64,000 nt of DNA from a virus: IMG/VR virus record IMGVR_UViG_3300046804_004006, positions 8,597-72,596 of that record. One strand, given 5' to 3'. Positions 45,070-55,855 of the stretch are shown piece by piece (positions within the stretch are counted from its first letter, which is position 1; each line of letters starts with the position of its first letter). The notes under the pieces were generated by a model that worked only from the letters and a program-made list of their open reading frames with translations, made no database searches and was not told the DNA's origin. A program made the translations under genes and the position numbers.

Positions 45070-46716
45070 ATGTCAAATGATGTATATCTTGGTAACCCGT
45101 TACTAAAAAAAGCAAATACTCCAATCGAATTTACCCAAGAACAAATTCTTGAGTTTGTTAAGTGTAAAGACGATCCTGTTTATTTTGCTAAAAATTACGT
45201 AAAAATTGTTACTCTTGATCATGGTCTACAAACTTTTACTCCATATCATTTTCAAGAAAAGTTAATTAATAACTTCCATAAGCATAGATTTAATATTTGC
45301 AAGATGCCACGACAGACTGGCAAATCAACTACTGTTGTGTCATTTTTGCTTCATTATGCAGTTTTTAATGATAATGTAAATATTGGTATCCTTGCAAACA
45401 AGGCAGCTACAGCAAGAGAACTTTTGGATAGACTTCAAACTGCATATGAGAATCTACCAAAATGGATGCAACAGGGGATTATCTCCTGGAACAAAGGTTC
45501 TCTTGAATTAGAAAATGGATCTAAAATCTTGGCAGCATCAACATCCGCATCTGCTGTCCGAGGAATGTCATTCAACATTCTATTTTTGGATGAATTTGCG
45601 TTCGTTCCAAATCATATTGCAGATTCTTTTTTTGCATCCGTTTATCCAACTATTACTTCAGGTAAACAGACTAAGGTAATTATAGTTTCTACTCCACATG
45701 GTATGAATCACTTTTACCGAATGTGGCACGATGCTGAAAAAGGTAAGAATGAATATGTGTTCACGGATGTTCATTGGAGTGAAGTTCCCGGACGAGATGA
45801 AGAGTGGAAAAAACAAACGATTGCAAATACCTCTGAGCAGCAATTCAAGGTTGAGTTTGAGTGTGAATTCTTAGGATCAGTAGATACTTTAATCGCCCCA
45901 TCAAAACTCAGATCTCTCGCGTATGATCACCCCAAGACTCGCAGCGCGGGTTTAGATGTTTATGAGGATCCTATTCAAAACCATGATTATCTTATTACTG
46001 TAGACGTTGCTAGAGGTGTTGGAAATGATTATTCTGCATTTACTGTTGTTGATATTACTGAATTTCCGCATAAAGTAGTTGCAAAATATAGAAATAATGA
46101 AATTAAACCAATGCTATTTCCGAGCATTGTTCACGAAGCTGCAACTGCATATAATAATTCTTACATTTTATGTGAGGTGAATGATGTAGGAGATCAGGTA
46201 GCAAGTATTCTTCAATATGATTTAGAATATAATAATCTTCTTATGTGTTCTATGAGAGGAAGAGCCGGTCAAATTGTTGGGCAAGGATTTTCGGGTAAGA
46301 AGACTCAATTGGGGGTTAAGATGTCCAAAACGGTTAAAAAAGTTGGATGTCTTAATTTAAAGACTATGGTAGAGGAAAATAAACTTTTCCTAAACGACTA
46401 TGATATTATAAGTGAACTTACAACTTTTATTCAAAAACATAATTCATTTGAAGCTGAAGAGGGTTGTAATGATGATCTTGCTATGTGTTTGGTAATTTAT
46501 GCCTGGTTAGTAGCACAGGACTATTTTAAAGAACTTACTGATCAAGATGTTAGAAAAAGATTATATGAAGAACAAAAAAATCAAATAGAGCAAGATATGT
46601 CTCCATTTGGTTTTATTTCGGACGGTTTAGATAGTAGTAGTTTTGTTGACGTTGATGGCGATAGATGGTTTGTTGATGAATATGGAGATATGGCTTATAT
46701 GTGGGAGTATAATTGA
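45070..46716 (+). CDS. gp17: terminase large subunit gp17
   Basis: YLGNPLLKK, Walker A PRQTGKST, LFLDEFAF, IVSTPHG, DVARG, DDLAM. Confidence 0.97.
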   Translation: MSNDVYLGNPLLKKANTPIEFTQEQILEFVKCKDDPVYFAKNYVKIVTLDHGLQTFTPYHFQEKLINNFHKHRFNICKMPRQTGKSTTVVSFLLHYAVFNDNVNIGILANKAATARELLDRLQTAYENLPKWMQQGIISWNKGSLELENGSKILAASTSASAVRGMSFNILFLDEFAFVPNHIADSFFASVYPTITSGKQTKVIIVSTPHGMNHFYRMWHDAEKGKNEYVFTDVHWSEVPGRDEEWKKQTIANTSEQQFKVEFECEFLGSVDTLIAPSKLRSLAYDHPKTRSAGLDVYEDPIQNHDYLITVDVARGVGNDYSAFTVVDITEFPHKVVAKYRNNEIKPMLFPSIVHEAATAYNNSYILCEVNDVGDQVASILQYDLEYNNLLMCSMRGRAGQIVGQGFSGKKTQLGVKMSKTVKKVGCLNLKTMVEENKLFLNDYDIISELTTFIQKHNSFEAEEGCNDDLAMCLVIYAWLVAQDYFKELTDQDVRKRLYEEQKNQIEQDMSPFGFISDGLDSSSFVDVDGDRWFVDEYGDMAYMWEYN

Positions 46717-46946
46717 TGGATCTAGACAAACAAATAAAATTGAGTCATTTGTTACTTGTGGATAGAAAATGTAGAGTATGTGGGGAAATGAAAAATCTTA
46801 TAGATGGGTTTTACAGAACACGCAAAGATAGAGGTCCAGTTGCATCATCATATTCATATGAATGTAAAGACTGTACAGTAAAACGCATTGTCACTAATAG
46901 AATAAAAAGTAGTGTTTTTGATAAATGGGAATATCCTGACTGGTAA
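46716..46946 (+). CDS. small Cys4 zinc-binding protein
   Basis: CRVCGEMK...FYR...ECKDC, ends WEYPDW. Confidence 0.7.
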   Translation: MDLDKQIKLSHLLLVDRKCRVCGEMKNLIDGFYRTRKDRGPVASSYSYECKDCTVKRIVTNRIKSSVFDKWEYPDW

Positions 46947-47029
46947 TTTGTTCACGTCACATTTCCCCCGCGAAAAGTAACTTTTTAATAAATATTTTTT
47001 AGATAAACTGAGACTTCACGGAGAAAAAC

Positions 47030-49234
47030 ATGGCGACTCCTCAATTATCTCCAGGCGTACTCGTCAGAGAGGTTGATTTAACAGTAGGAAGAGCTGATAA
47101 TGTCTTAGATAATATCGGTGCGATTGCAGGACCCTTCCCAATCGGACCAGTTGACTTTCCAATTGATATTACTACAGAACAAGATTTAATCAACGTATTT
47201 GGCAAACCACTTTCAACAGACTCCCAGTATGAATACTGGATGAGTGCATCATCTTTCCTTTCATATGGTGGTGTTCTTAAAGTCGTAAGAACTGGTGGGT
47301 CATCTCTCAATAATGCCAATGCTGGTGTTGGTGCTGCATATACAACATCTTTAGATATTGATAATTATGATGATTATATCAATAATCACTCAGACGGTAA
47401 CAATTTTACGTTTGCTGCTAAGAATCCAGGATCTTGGGCAAATAACTTAAAGGTATGCGTGATTGATGATCTGGGAGATCAAATTATTGGTATCACAACA
47501 ACAAACCCAGGTGCTCTTGGAGCAGCAATTGGTTATGGAGTAACAACAACACTTACATCAACAGTTCTTGCTGGATCCGGATCTACTTCTCTATTTACTG
47601 GTTATCTAAAAGGAATTATCACCGGTGTTACTACTGATGCAACAAATAGCAACAGTAATATCACAGTAAGAATTACATCAAGAGTATCTTCCGGCGGAAC
47701 GGAGACTAGAATTAATTACGCGGAGGGATCATCTACAGCAGCGTTTGCAGCAGCACAAACAATTAACTTTATCAACTCTTCAGGTATTTCTACTGGAAGT
47801 GCGACAGTTGCTTCAGTCTCTGATTGGTATAATCAACAAACTTTAGGATTAACTAACACGACTATTTACTGGAAGTCAATTGCACCAAAACCCGTTTCAA
47901 ATAGATATTCTCTTGATAGAAACGGCAAAAATGACGCAATTCACGTAGTTGTAGTTGATGACTTAGGAACCATTACTGGCAATCAAGGAACAATTCTTGA
48001 GAAGCATTTAAGTCTATCGAAAGCACTTGATTCAGTTTCTGCAGTAAATTCTCCGCAAAAGATCTGGTACGAACAATATCTTGCAGATTTCTCATCGCAA
48101 GTTTATGCGGGAGGGAATCCATCAAGCGCGGCAGATTCTTATTGGGGAACTGCACCAAGAGCTACTGGATTTACTACTTATTCCGGTGTTGCATCGGCAT
48201 CATTTACTCCAATCACAACTGCAAATGGACTATGGGGAGCGAATGCACAGGATGTAACTTTTAGTGCAATTGGAAACGTAACTTATGCACTAGGTGGAGG
48301 TGTTGACTATTCTGCTTCAGGTGGAATGAAAGCTGCTCTTGGAGACCTTATTACTTCATATGAAAAGTTCTCAAATAAAGATGAAGTTCAAGTTGATTAT
48401 TTAATCATGGGCCCTGGAATGGATTCTCAAGCAGATTCTCAAGCAAAAGCAAGTTATTTGATTTCTCTTGCACAACAAAGACAAGATTGTGTTGCAACCG
48501 TTGGGCCACATAAATCTGATTTAGTTGGATTGACGAATACAACTACGCAGACAACCAATTTAATTAAATACTTTAGTTCACTTCCATCTTCATCATATGC
48601 AGTTTTTGATAGTGGATACAAGTATACTTATGATAGATTTAACAATAAGTTTGTTTATATTCCTTGCAATGCTGATGTTGCAGGTTTAATGACAAGAACA
48701 AATATTGTTGCATATCCTTGGTTCTCTCCTGCTGGGCAGCAAAGAGGTATTATTAATAACGCAATTAAACTTGCTTATAATCCAAGTAAAGCTCAGAGAG
48801 ATCAACTTTATCCCCAAAGAATTAATGCAATTGTAACTCAACCTGGTGTTGGTACTCTTCTTTTTGGAGATAAAACTGCACTTGGATATGCTTCTGCTTT
48901 TGACAGAATCAATGTTCGTCGCCTTTTCCTTACTATTGAACAAGCATTACAAAGAGCTGCTCAAGCACAACTCTTTGAATTAAACGATGAGTTAACGAGA
49001 GCAAACTTTAAGAACATTGTTGAACCATATCTCCGAGACGTTCAGGCAAAGAGAGGTCTTTATGGATTTCTCGTTGTTTGTGATACAACAAACAATACTC
49101 CAGACGTTATTGATAACAATGAATTTAGAGCGGACATTTACCTGAAGCCCGCCAAATCTATTAATTATGTCACTCTTACCTTTGTTGCGACACGCACTGG
49201 AGTAAGTTTTGAAGAAGTTGCAGGTACTGTTTGA
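47030..49234 (+). CDS. gp18: tail sheath protein gp18
   Basis: SPGVLVREVDLT, PWFSPAG, FDRINVRRLF, KPAKSINYVTLTFVATRTG. Confidence 0.97.
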   Translation: MATPQLSPGVLVREVDLTVGRADNVLDNIGAIAGPFPIGPVDFPIDITTEQDLINVFGKPLSTDSQYEYWMSASSFLSYGGVLKVVRTGGSSLNNANAGVGAAYTTSLDIDNYDDYINNHSDGNNFTFAAKNPGSWANNLKVCVIDDLGDQIIGITTTNPGALGAAIGYGVTTTLTSTVLAGSGSTSLFTGYLKGIITGVTTDATNSNSNITVRITSRVSSGGTETRINYAEGSSTAAFAAAQTINFINSSGISTGSATVASVSDWYNQQTLGLTNTTIYWKSIAPKPVSNRYSLDRNGKNDAIHVVVVDDLGTITGNQGTILEKHLSLSKALDSVSAVNSPQKIWYEQYLADFSSQVYAGGNPSSAADSYWGTAPRATGFTTYSGVASASFTPITTANGLWGANAQDVTFSAIGNVTYALGGGVDYSASGGMKAALGDLITSYEKFSNKDEVQVDYLIMGPGMDSQADSQAKASYLISLAQQRQDCVATVGPHKSDLVGLTNTTTQTTNLIKYFSSLPSSSYAVFDSGYKYTYDRFNNKFVYIPCNADVAGLMTRTNIVAYPWFSPAGQQRGIINNAIKLAYNPSKAQRDQLYPQRINAIVTQPGVGTLLFGDKTALGYASAFDRINVRRLFLTIEQALQRAAQAQLFELNDELTRANFKNIVEPYLRDVQAKRGLYGFLVVCDTTNNTPDVIDNNEFRADIYLKPAKSINYVTLTFVATRTGVSFEEVAGTV

Positions 49235-49270
49235 TTTTAGTCAATAAATAACCCAAGGAGGTAATCAATC

Positions 49271-49855
49271 GTGGCAAGACTCAAAACAATCTCCCAATTT
49301 AAGAGTGCTTTAAGTGGTGGTGGCGCTCGTCCCAATTTGTTCGAAGTTGAACTAACCACTTTCCCAACTGGAATTTCTTGGGATGCAGATAAATTCAAGT
49401 ATCTTTGCAAAGCAGCTGCTCTTCCCGCATCAAATATTGCAGCAATTGACGTTCCTTTTAGAGGAAGAATTTTTAAAGTTGCTGGCGATAGAACAATTGA
49501 TACTTGGACTGTTACCATCATCAATGATGAAGACTTTAAACTAAGAAGAGCATTTGAAGCCTGGACCGAACTTATTGCTAAATTAGACAATAATTTAGGT
49601 GCTACCCAACCAGCAGCTTACATGAGTAATGCTACTGTCTATCAACTAGGAAGAGGTTCTCAAATAAACAGCACTACTAATGCTGGTTCGGATAGTTCTA
49701 TCTTAGCTGCATACAAGTTTGTTGATATTTTCCCAACCTCCGTCTCCAATATTGATCTTTCATATGATAGTGGTGATACTATTGAAGAATTCACCGTAGA
49801 ATTCCAAGTTCAATCTTACGAAATTATTGGTGGAACCACTGCAGCGCGAACTTAA
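49271..49855 (+). CDS. gp19: tail tube protein gp19
   Basis: GGGARPNLFEV, VPFRGR..VAGDRT, IEEFTVEFQ; GTG start after GGAGG. Confidence 0.95.
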   Translation: MARLKTISQFKSALSGGGARPNLFEVELTTFPTGISWDADKFKYLCKAAALPASNIAAIDVPFRGRIFKVAGDRTIDTWTVTIINDEDFKLRRAFEAWTELIAKLDNNLGATQPAAYMSNATVYQLGRGSQINSTTNAGSDSSILAAYKFVDIFPTSVSNIDLSYDSGDTIEEFTVEFQVQSYEIIGGTTAART

Positions 49856-49889
49856 TAAATAGTGCAAAGGTAAGGGTAAAAAATAAATC

Positions 49890-51569
49890 ATGGCAAGATT
49901 GTTTGGTTTTTCAATTGAAGATACAGAACCACTGTCTCCAAGTACGGTCAGTCCAGTTCCTCCCAATAATGAGGACTCGACTGACCACTACTTAAGTAGT
50001 GGTTTTTTTGGTTCTTACGTTGATATTGAAGGTGTATATAGGACTGAGTTTGATTTAATTAAACGATATCGAGAAATGGCACTTCACCCAGAATGCGATA
50101 GTGCGATTGAAGATATCGTAAATGAAGCAATTGTATCAGACACAAATGATTCTCCAGTAGAAATTGAATTATCAAATTTAAATGCTAGTGATGGTATTAA
50201 GAAAAAAATCAGACAAGAATTTAGACATATTCTTTCACTTTTAGATTTCGACAAAAAATCTCACGAAATTTATAGAAATTGGTACGTTGATGGAAGAATT
50301 TATTATCACAAAATAATTGATTTTAAAAATCCACAGGAAGGAATTCAAGAACTGCGTTACATAGATCCCATGAAGATGAGATATGTAAGACAGCAGAAAA
50401 AAACTGATAAAGATAAGTATAGACTTGCCAATATTAATGCAGATAATCCAATGGATTTTGAATTTCCTCAAATTGAGGAATACTTTATTTACAATCCAAA
50501 AATGACTTATCCAGCAAGTAATCCATCATCTCTTGGTGGAACTGCTGGTATCAAAATGACCAAAGATTCCATTACTTACTGCACATCAGGTCTTGTAGAT
50601 AGAAACAAGGGATCAACTCTTTCATATCTTCATAAAGCAATTAAATCACTCAATCAACTAAGAATGATTGAGGATAGTCTTGTAATCTATAGATTGTCTC
50701 GTGCTCCGGAGCGTAGAATTTTCTACATTGATGTGGGCAATCTACCAAAAGTAAAGGCAGAACAATATCTTCGCGATGTTATGATGCGTTATCGCAATAA
50801 ACTTGTTTACGATGCATCAACGGGAGAGATTCGTGATGATAAGAAATTTATGGCAATGCTTGAGGACTTTTGGCTTCCAAGGAGAGAGGGTGGTAGAGGA
50901 ACTGAAATTTCTACTCTTCCTGGGGGTCAAAATCTTGGAGAAATTACCGATATTGAATACTTCAAAAAGAAACTTTATCGTTCATTGAACGTTCCTCCTT
51001 CAAGAATGGATGGAGAGGGTGGATTTAATCTTGGACGCTCATCGGAAATTCTGCGTGATGAAGTTAAATTCAGCAAGTTTGTTGCTCGTTTAAGAAAAAG
51101 ATTTTCTTATATGTTCCACGATATGCTGAAAACTCAGTTAATTCTCAAAAATATTATTACTCCAGAAGATTGGGAAATTATGCAAGAGCATATTCAATAT
51201 GACTTCTTGTATGATAATCATTTTGCAGAGCTCAAGGATGCAGAACTTTTGAATGAAAGATTAAATATGGTTCAAATTGCAGAACCATATGTTGGAAAAT
51301 ATTTTTCCCAAGACTATCTGAGAAGAAAAATTCTACGTCAAACCGATGAAGAAATTATTGAACAAGATAAAATTATGAAGAAAGAAATTGAAGATGGAAT
51401 TATTCCTGATCCTAACGCGCCAGTTGATCCAATGACAGGTATGCCTTTGGATCAAACCTCACAAATGGATCTTGGTCAACCAGTAATGGAACCAAATATT
51501 GATGCTCAAGGTGCAGCAACAGAGGCAAGTGGGAAAATAGCAGAAATGCCCAAGGGCGGTGAAATATAA
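49890..51569 (+). CDS. gp20: portal protein gp20
   Basis: YLHKAIKSLNQLRMIEDSLVIYRLSRAPERRIFYIDVGNLP, EDFWLPRREGGRGTEI. Confidence 0.98.
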   Translation: MARLFGFSIEDTEPLSPSTVSPVPPNNEDSTDHYLSSGFFGSYVDIEGVYRTEFDLIKRYREMALHPECDSAIEDIVNEAIVSDTNDSPVEIELSNLNASDGIKKKIRQEFRHILSLLDFDKKSHEIYRNWYVDGRIYYHKIIDFKNPQEGIQELRYIDPMKMRYVRQQKKTDKDKYRLANINADNPMDFEFPQIEEYFIYNPKMTYPASNPSSLGGTAGIKMTKDSITYCTSGLVDRNKGSTLSYLHKAIKSLNQLRMIEDSLVIYRLSRAPERRIFYIDVGNLPKVKAEQYLRDVMMRYRNKLVYDASTGEIRDDKKFMAMLEDFWLPRREGGRGTEISTLPGGQNLGEITDIEYFKKKLYRSLNVPPSRMDGEGGFNLGRSSEILRDEVKFSKFVARLRKRFSYMFHDMLKTQLILKNIITPEDWEIMQEHIQYDFLYDNHFAELKDAELLNERLNMVQIAEPYVGKYFSQDYLRRKILRQTDEEIIEQDKIMKKEIEDGIIPDPNAPVDPMTGMPLDQTSQMDLGQPVMEPNIDAQGAATEASGKIAEMPKGGEI

Positions 51570-51596
51570 ATAAAGAAAATTACTTAGGTATTAACA

Positions 51597-51758
51597 ATGG
51601 ATGATCTTTTAGATATGATTGCATCTGATGAGTCTCCCGCACAGATTAGTGATAAGATTAAAGAACTTTTATTCACAAAGTCTGCTGAAAAAATTGACGA
51701 ATTTCGCCCAGCAGTTGCAATGAATATGTTTGGTCAAGAGGAACAAGAAGAGGAATGA
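51597..51758 (+). CDS. small acidic prohead-core-like protein (53 aa)
   Basis: MDDLLDMIASDESPAQISDKIKELLF...; sits after gp20 like T4 gp67; TATAAATA at 51565. Confidence 0.7.
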   Translation: MDDLLDMIASDESPAQISDKIKELLFTKSAEKIDEFRPAVAMNMFGQEEQEEE

Positions 51759-51759
51759 T

Positions 51760-52080
51760 ATGAAATCTTTCAAGCAATTTATCTCAGAATCAGTTAATAT
51801 TGCTGGCGATTTCACAGGAAATCTTTATATTGGTGCTCAATCAGAACAACCACAGCAAGTCGGTGAAGGATATGTTGCCGACGTAATGTGGCAAGGAAGT
51901 TTATATCGTTTAGAGTTAGTAACTAAAACTGGAGTTCCTTCTCCAAGAGAACTAGGTGAGCAACTACAATCTGATTATCCGGGTGCTGTTGTTCATCAAA
52001 TTTATCCAGTGATGGAAAAAAACTTTAATATCAAAAACGTACAAAGATACCACCCATCAAAGTTAGAATGGATTGATTGA
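51760..52080 (+). CDS. hypothetical protein with CTS-like N-terminus
   Basis: Starts MKSFKQFISE; start corrected from 51730. Confidence 0.75.
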   Translation: MKSFKQFISESVNIAGDFTGNLYIGAQSEQPQQVGEGYVADVMWQGSLYRLELVTKTGVPSPRELGEQLQSDYPGAVVHQIYPVMEKNFNIKNVQRYHPSKLEWID

Positions 52081-52083
52081 TAA

Positions 52084-53400
52084 ATGGCTCAGTGGAATAA
52101 GAATAATCAAGATTATCTAAACCAAGAGCGTACACTATTTGAAGTGTACATGCAGGCAGATAGATATGGTGAAATCTTTGATCCAGTCGGTCAAGGTTTT
52201 AATGGTGACTTATTTGGAAGAGTCAAAGTATCAAATCCATATACACTTTTTGACTCTACTCATAGATATTCTCAGGACGGAGATTTTGATGATGTAGTTC
52301 TTGGTGCAGGTTCTACAGTAGGAATCATAACCGAACAAAGCACCGCAACATTAGGAATAGGAACCACTGCAGGATGTTCTATTATTCGTGAAAGTAAAAG
52401 AGTATTTTCATATCAACCAGGCAAGTCGTTACAAGTTCTTCAGACATTTGTATTTAATCCTGCAAAGGAAAATCTGGTTCAGAGAGCAGGATATGCATCA
52501 TCCGAAAATGGTTTGATGATAGAACTTAATGGTTCGCAACTTAATATTATTAAGAGAACTGCAATATCTGGTGTTGGAACAACAATTTCAGTTCCACAAT
52601 CAGAATGGAATCGTGATACTTTAGATGGTTCTGGTCCGAATGAATCTAATCCAAGTGGTATCGCTTTAGATATGACTAAGGCACAACTTATGTTTAGTGA
52701 ATATGAGTGGTTAGGTGTGGGATGTGCAAGAATTGGATTTGTAAATGCAAATGGAAAGTTTCACACTGCACACGTTTTTAATCACGCAAACACTCTTGAT
52801 AGTGTTTATATGACAACTGCATCTCTTCCAGTTCGTTATGAGATTCTAAACACAGGAATCACAACATCTGCATCTACAATGAAACAGATTTGTGTATCTA
52901 TTCAGAATAATGGTGGATATGATAAACTTCAAGCAAGAGATATTGCAAGAAGAACTACATTAAGGACTGGCATTGGTGTCACTACTTTTGTTCCTCTTAT
53001 AAGTATTCGTCTTGCACCAGGAAGAGAAGATGCAATTGTTCTTCCTAGAGGAGTTAAGTCAGTTTTTGATTCTACTGCGGGTGCAATTTATGAACTTGCG
53101 CTAATTAAAAATGCAACTCTATCAAATGTAGGGGCATTAGTTTGGTCATCAACATCATCACAAAATGTTCAGTATAATACTGATGCAACTACATTAACTG
53201 GTGGGACAATAATTTTTAATGAAATGAGTTCTACTTCAAACAAAGTTGCTGGACAATTAGATATTGAAGCATTGTATAACTGGGACTTACAATTAGGAAG
53301 AACTCAAAGTAAAGTCAGTGATATTATGACTGTTGCAGTAAGATCAATATCTGGAACCTTTGATGCTACTGCTTCTATTGATTTTTTTGATCTAACTTGA
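52084..53400 (+). CDS. probable virion structural protein (beta-rich)
   Basis: DLFGRVKVSNPYTLFDS, YQPGKS, EYEWLGVG, MTTASLPVRYE; located in the head operon. Confidence 0.7.
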   Translation: MAQWNKNNQDYLNQERTLFEVYMQADRYGEIFDPVGQGFNGDLFGRVKVSNPYTLFDSTHRYSQDGDFDDVVLGAGSTVGIITEQSTATLGIGTTAGCSIIRESKRVFSYQPGKSLQVLQTFVFNPAKENLVQRAGYASSENGLMIELNGSQLNIIKRTAISGVGTTISVPQSEWNRDTLDGSGPNESNPSGIALDMTKAQLMFSEYEWLGVGCARIGFVNANGKFHTAHVFNHANTLDSVYMTTASLPVRYEILNTGITTSASTMKQICVSIQNNGGYDKLQARDIARRTTLRTGIGVTTFVPLISIRLAPGREDAIVLPRGVKSVFDSTAGAIYELALIKNATLSNVGALVWSSTSSQNVQYNTDATTLTGGTIIFNEMSSTSNKVAGQLDIEALYNWDLQLGRTQSKVSDIMTVAVRSISGTFDATASIDFFDLT

Positions 53401-53437
53401 TTAAATAATAAATAACTAAAAGTGTACTATAAAAATA

Positions 53438-53989
53438 ATGGCTCATAGACCAGTTGGGGCAGGATCCTCATTTACCTTTAGTGCAGGAACTGCAACCACA
53501 TCATCTTCATTTTCAGTTCAGTCGAGTGTTTTGAGAGTAGTTTCTGTTAGTGGCGGTGCTCATATAGCAGTTGGTGCAACTCCTTCAGCAACTAATACGG
53601 ATTATTATGTTCCTTCTGGAGGAGAAGCGACTCTTGCATTAACCAAAGCATCTAATCGTGTTGTTGGCGTTACAACAGGAACCACAACAACAGTCATAGT
53701 TCCGGAGGGAACCCAAGTTCCTTTTGGTGTTGGTGATTATGTTACATTAACTGCAACGGGTCAATCATATTATGATTTTACTCATCAAAGAGTTTTGTCA
53801 GTTGATACCACTGCAAATGTAAATGGATATTATCAGACAAGAATGACTGTTAACTATAATTCAAGTGGTATTGTAACTGCATTTTCTTCTGCAGATGCAA
53901 CTATTATCAATTCCAATAAAGTTTCTGCATACGGTGCTGGTTCAGGAACTCTCTATTACCAACAAGTTCAAATCTCAGGAGTCGCCTAA
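53438..53989 (+). CDS. virion structural protein
   Basis: Ser/Thr/Val-rich, directly upstream of gp21; ATAAATA at 53408. Confidence 0.7.
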   Translation: MAHRPVGAGSSFTFSAGTATTSSSFSVQSSVLRVVSVSGGAHIAVGATPSATNTDYYVPSGGEATLALTKASNRVVGVTTGTTTTVIVPEGTQVPFGVGDYVTLTATGQSYYDFTHQRVLSVDTTANVNGYYQTRMTVNYNSSGIVTAFSSADATIINSNKVSAYGAGSGTLYYQQVQISGVA

Positions 53990-53990
53990 A

Positions 53991-54641
53991 ATGAAACTCA
54001 TCACCGAAGAAATTGAATCAGTAGAAGTTATTACCGAAAATGTAAACGGCAAAAAAACTCTTTACATTCAAGGACCTTTCCTTCAAACTGAACAACCTAA
54101 TCGCAATAACAGAATATATCGTATGCCTGTTATGGAAAGAGAGGTTAAGCGTTATACTGAACAATATGTGAATAAAGGGCGTGCTCTTGGTGAGTTAGGA
54201 CATCCCGATGGTCCAACAGTAAATCTTGATCGAGTTTCTCATAAAATCGTATCTCTTACTCAAGAGGGAAATAATTTTATTGGTAAAGCACAGATTCTTT
54301 CCACACCAATGGGTAAGATTGCAGAGTCACTTCTTAAAGAAGGAGTAACTCTTGGAGTTTCTTCTCGTGGTATTGGATCCGTAAGACCAACTAAAGAAGG
54401 ATATAATGAAGTTGGTGAAGATTTTATGCTTGCGACCGCTGCTGATATTGTAGCGGATCCTTCTGCACCTGATGCTTTTGTTCAGGGAATTATGGAAGGT
54501 AAGGAATGGGTGTGGGATGGTGGAATGTTAAGAGAAAAGGTTGCAGAAAACACACAAAGAAGAATAAATACTCTAGTTAATGAGGGTATTCTTGAGGAAT
54601 ATAAGTTATCGCTATTTAATGAGTTTTTAAACTCATTGTAA
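53991..54641 (+). CDS. gp21: prohead protease gp21
   Basis: MKLITEE, ALGELGHP, GVSSRGIGS, DIVADPSAPDAFV. Start corrected. Confidence 0.96.
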   Translation: MKLITEEIESVEVITENVNGKKTLYIQGPFLQTEQPNRNNRIYRMPVMEREVKRYTEQYVNKGRALGELGHPDGPTVNLDRVSHKIVSLTQEGNNFIGKAQILSTPMGKIAESLLKEGVTLGVSSRGIGSVRPTKEGYNEVGEDFMLATAADIVADPSAPDAFVQGIMEGKEWVWDGGMLREKVAENTQRRINTLVNEGILEEYKLSLFNEFLNSL

Positions 54642-54697
54642 TTTATTAAATTATAAATAAATATAGTTTATAACTAAAGGTTAAACGGAGAGTTCAA

Positions 54698-55855
54698 ATG
54701 TCTCGTGGAGATTTACAAGAAATGGAAGTAGGCACTAAGCAATCCAGAACCGCTGTCAATGCTAATGCTAAAGCAGCGGATGCAATGCCACATCTTTCTG
54801 GTGCAACACCAGGACAAACTGGAGGATGGGAAGATCTTGGTGGGCCAGACCCTTCTAACTATCGTTCTACTGATGATTCAGCAAAATTAAAAACACCCGG
54901 AGGAACCCTTAAGCAAGTTAAGGATGTTGTCACCAAAGGTGCCAAACCCGCTGAAGCAATGAAAGGCGTAAAGGAAGAAGAAGAACTCGAAGATGAAGAC
55001 CTCATCGAAGAAGAAATTGAAGAAGAAATCGTAGAATCCAAAGAAGAAGAGGAAGAAGAAGAGGAAGAGGGCGGTAAGAAAAAAGGTAAAAAAGAAGAGG
55101 AAGAAGAGGAAGAAGAGGAGATGGAAGAAGAGTTTGACATCGAAGAAGATGTCAATGCTCTTCTAGAAGGCGAGGAACTTTCCGAAGAGTTCCAAGAAAA
55201 AGCACGCACCATCTTTGAAGCCGCTCTTCGTTCTAAAGTCTCTCAAATTCAAGAGGCAATCGAAGAGCAGTATGCTGTTGCACTTGCAGAAGAAGTAGAA
55301 GAAATTAAATCTGAACTTTCTGAGCGTGTAGACGCATATCTTGAGTATGTTGCTGATGAGTGGATGCAAGAAAATACACTCGTCATTGAACAAGGTCTTA
55401 AGACTGAAATGACCGAATCATTCCTTCAGGGAATGAAGGGTCTTTTTGAAGATCATTATGTAACAATCCCTGAAGATAAATATGATGTGCTTGAAAGCAT
55501 GGTAGAAAAACTTGATGAAATGGAGACAAAACTCAACGAGCAAATCGAGAAAAATGTTTCCCTAAACAAGCGTCTCGCAGAGTCGGTTGCTGATGGAATC
55601 TTTGAACAAGTCACTGAAGGTCTTGCAGACACTCAGAAAGACAAGCTCGCTTCACTTGCCGAAAGTGTTGAGTTTGAAAGTGAAGAAGAATATCGTGAAA
55701 AAATGGAGACCTTAAGGGAAGCATATTTCCCATCAAGAGCAGTTTCTCCAAATGCAAGAACTGAAAATCTGTCTGAGGGTGTAGATAGTTCTCCAGAGTT
55801 CGTCTCTGGTTCAATGTCTAGATATCTGAAGACTCTTTCAGCATTCAGCAAATAA
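54698..55855 (+). CDS. gp22: prohead core scaffold gp22
   Basis: ELSEEFQEKARTIFEAA, YLEYVADEW; TATAAATA at 54652. Confidence 0.95.
   Translation: MSRGDLQEMEVGTKQSRTAVNANAKAADAMPHLSGATPGQTGGWEDLGGPDPSNYRSTDDSAKLKTPGGTLKQVKDVVTKGAKPAEAMKGVKEEEELEDEDLIEEEIEEEIVESKEEEEEEEEEGGKKKGKKEEEEEEEEEMEEEFDIEEDVNALLEGEELSEEFQEKARTIFEAALRSKVSQIQEAIEEQYAVALAEEVEEIKSELSERVDAYLEYVADEWMQENTLVIEQGLKTEMTESFLQGMKGLFEDHYVTIPEDKYDVLESMVEKLDEMETKLNEQIEKNVSLNKRLAESVADGIFEQVTEGLADTQKDKLASLAESVEFESEEEYREKMETLREAYFPSRAVSPNARTENLSEGVDSSPEFVSGSMSRYLKTLSAFSK

Noticed and set aside
46716-46946. Homing endonuclease next to gp17
   Set aside because: Only a Cys4 finger is present; no HNH or EndoVII catalytic domain fits in 76 aa.
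54970-55150. GAA-rich low-complexity repeat
   Set aside because: Encodes the poly-Glu tract of scaffold gp22, which is ordinary.
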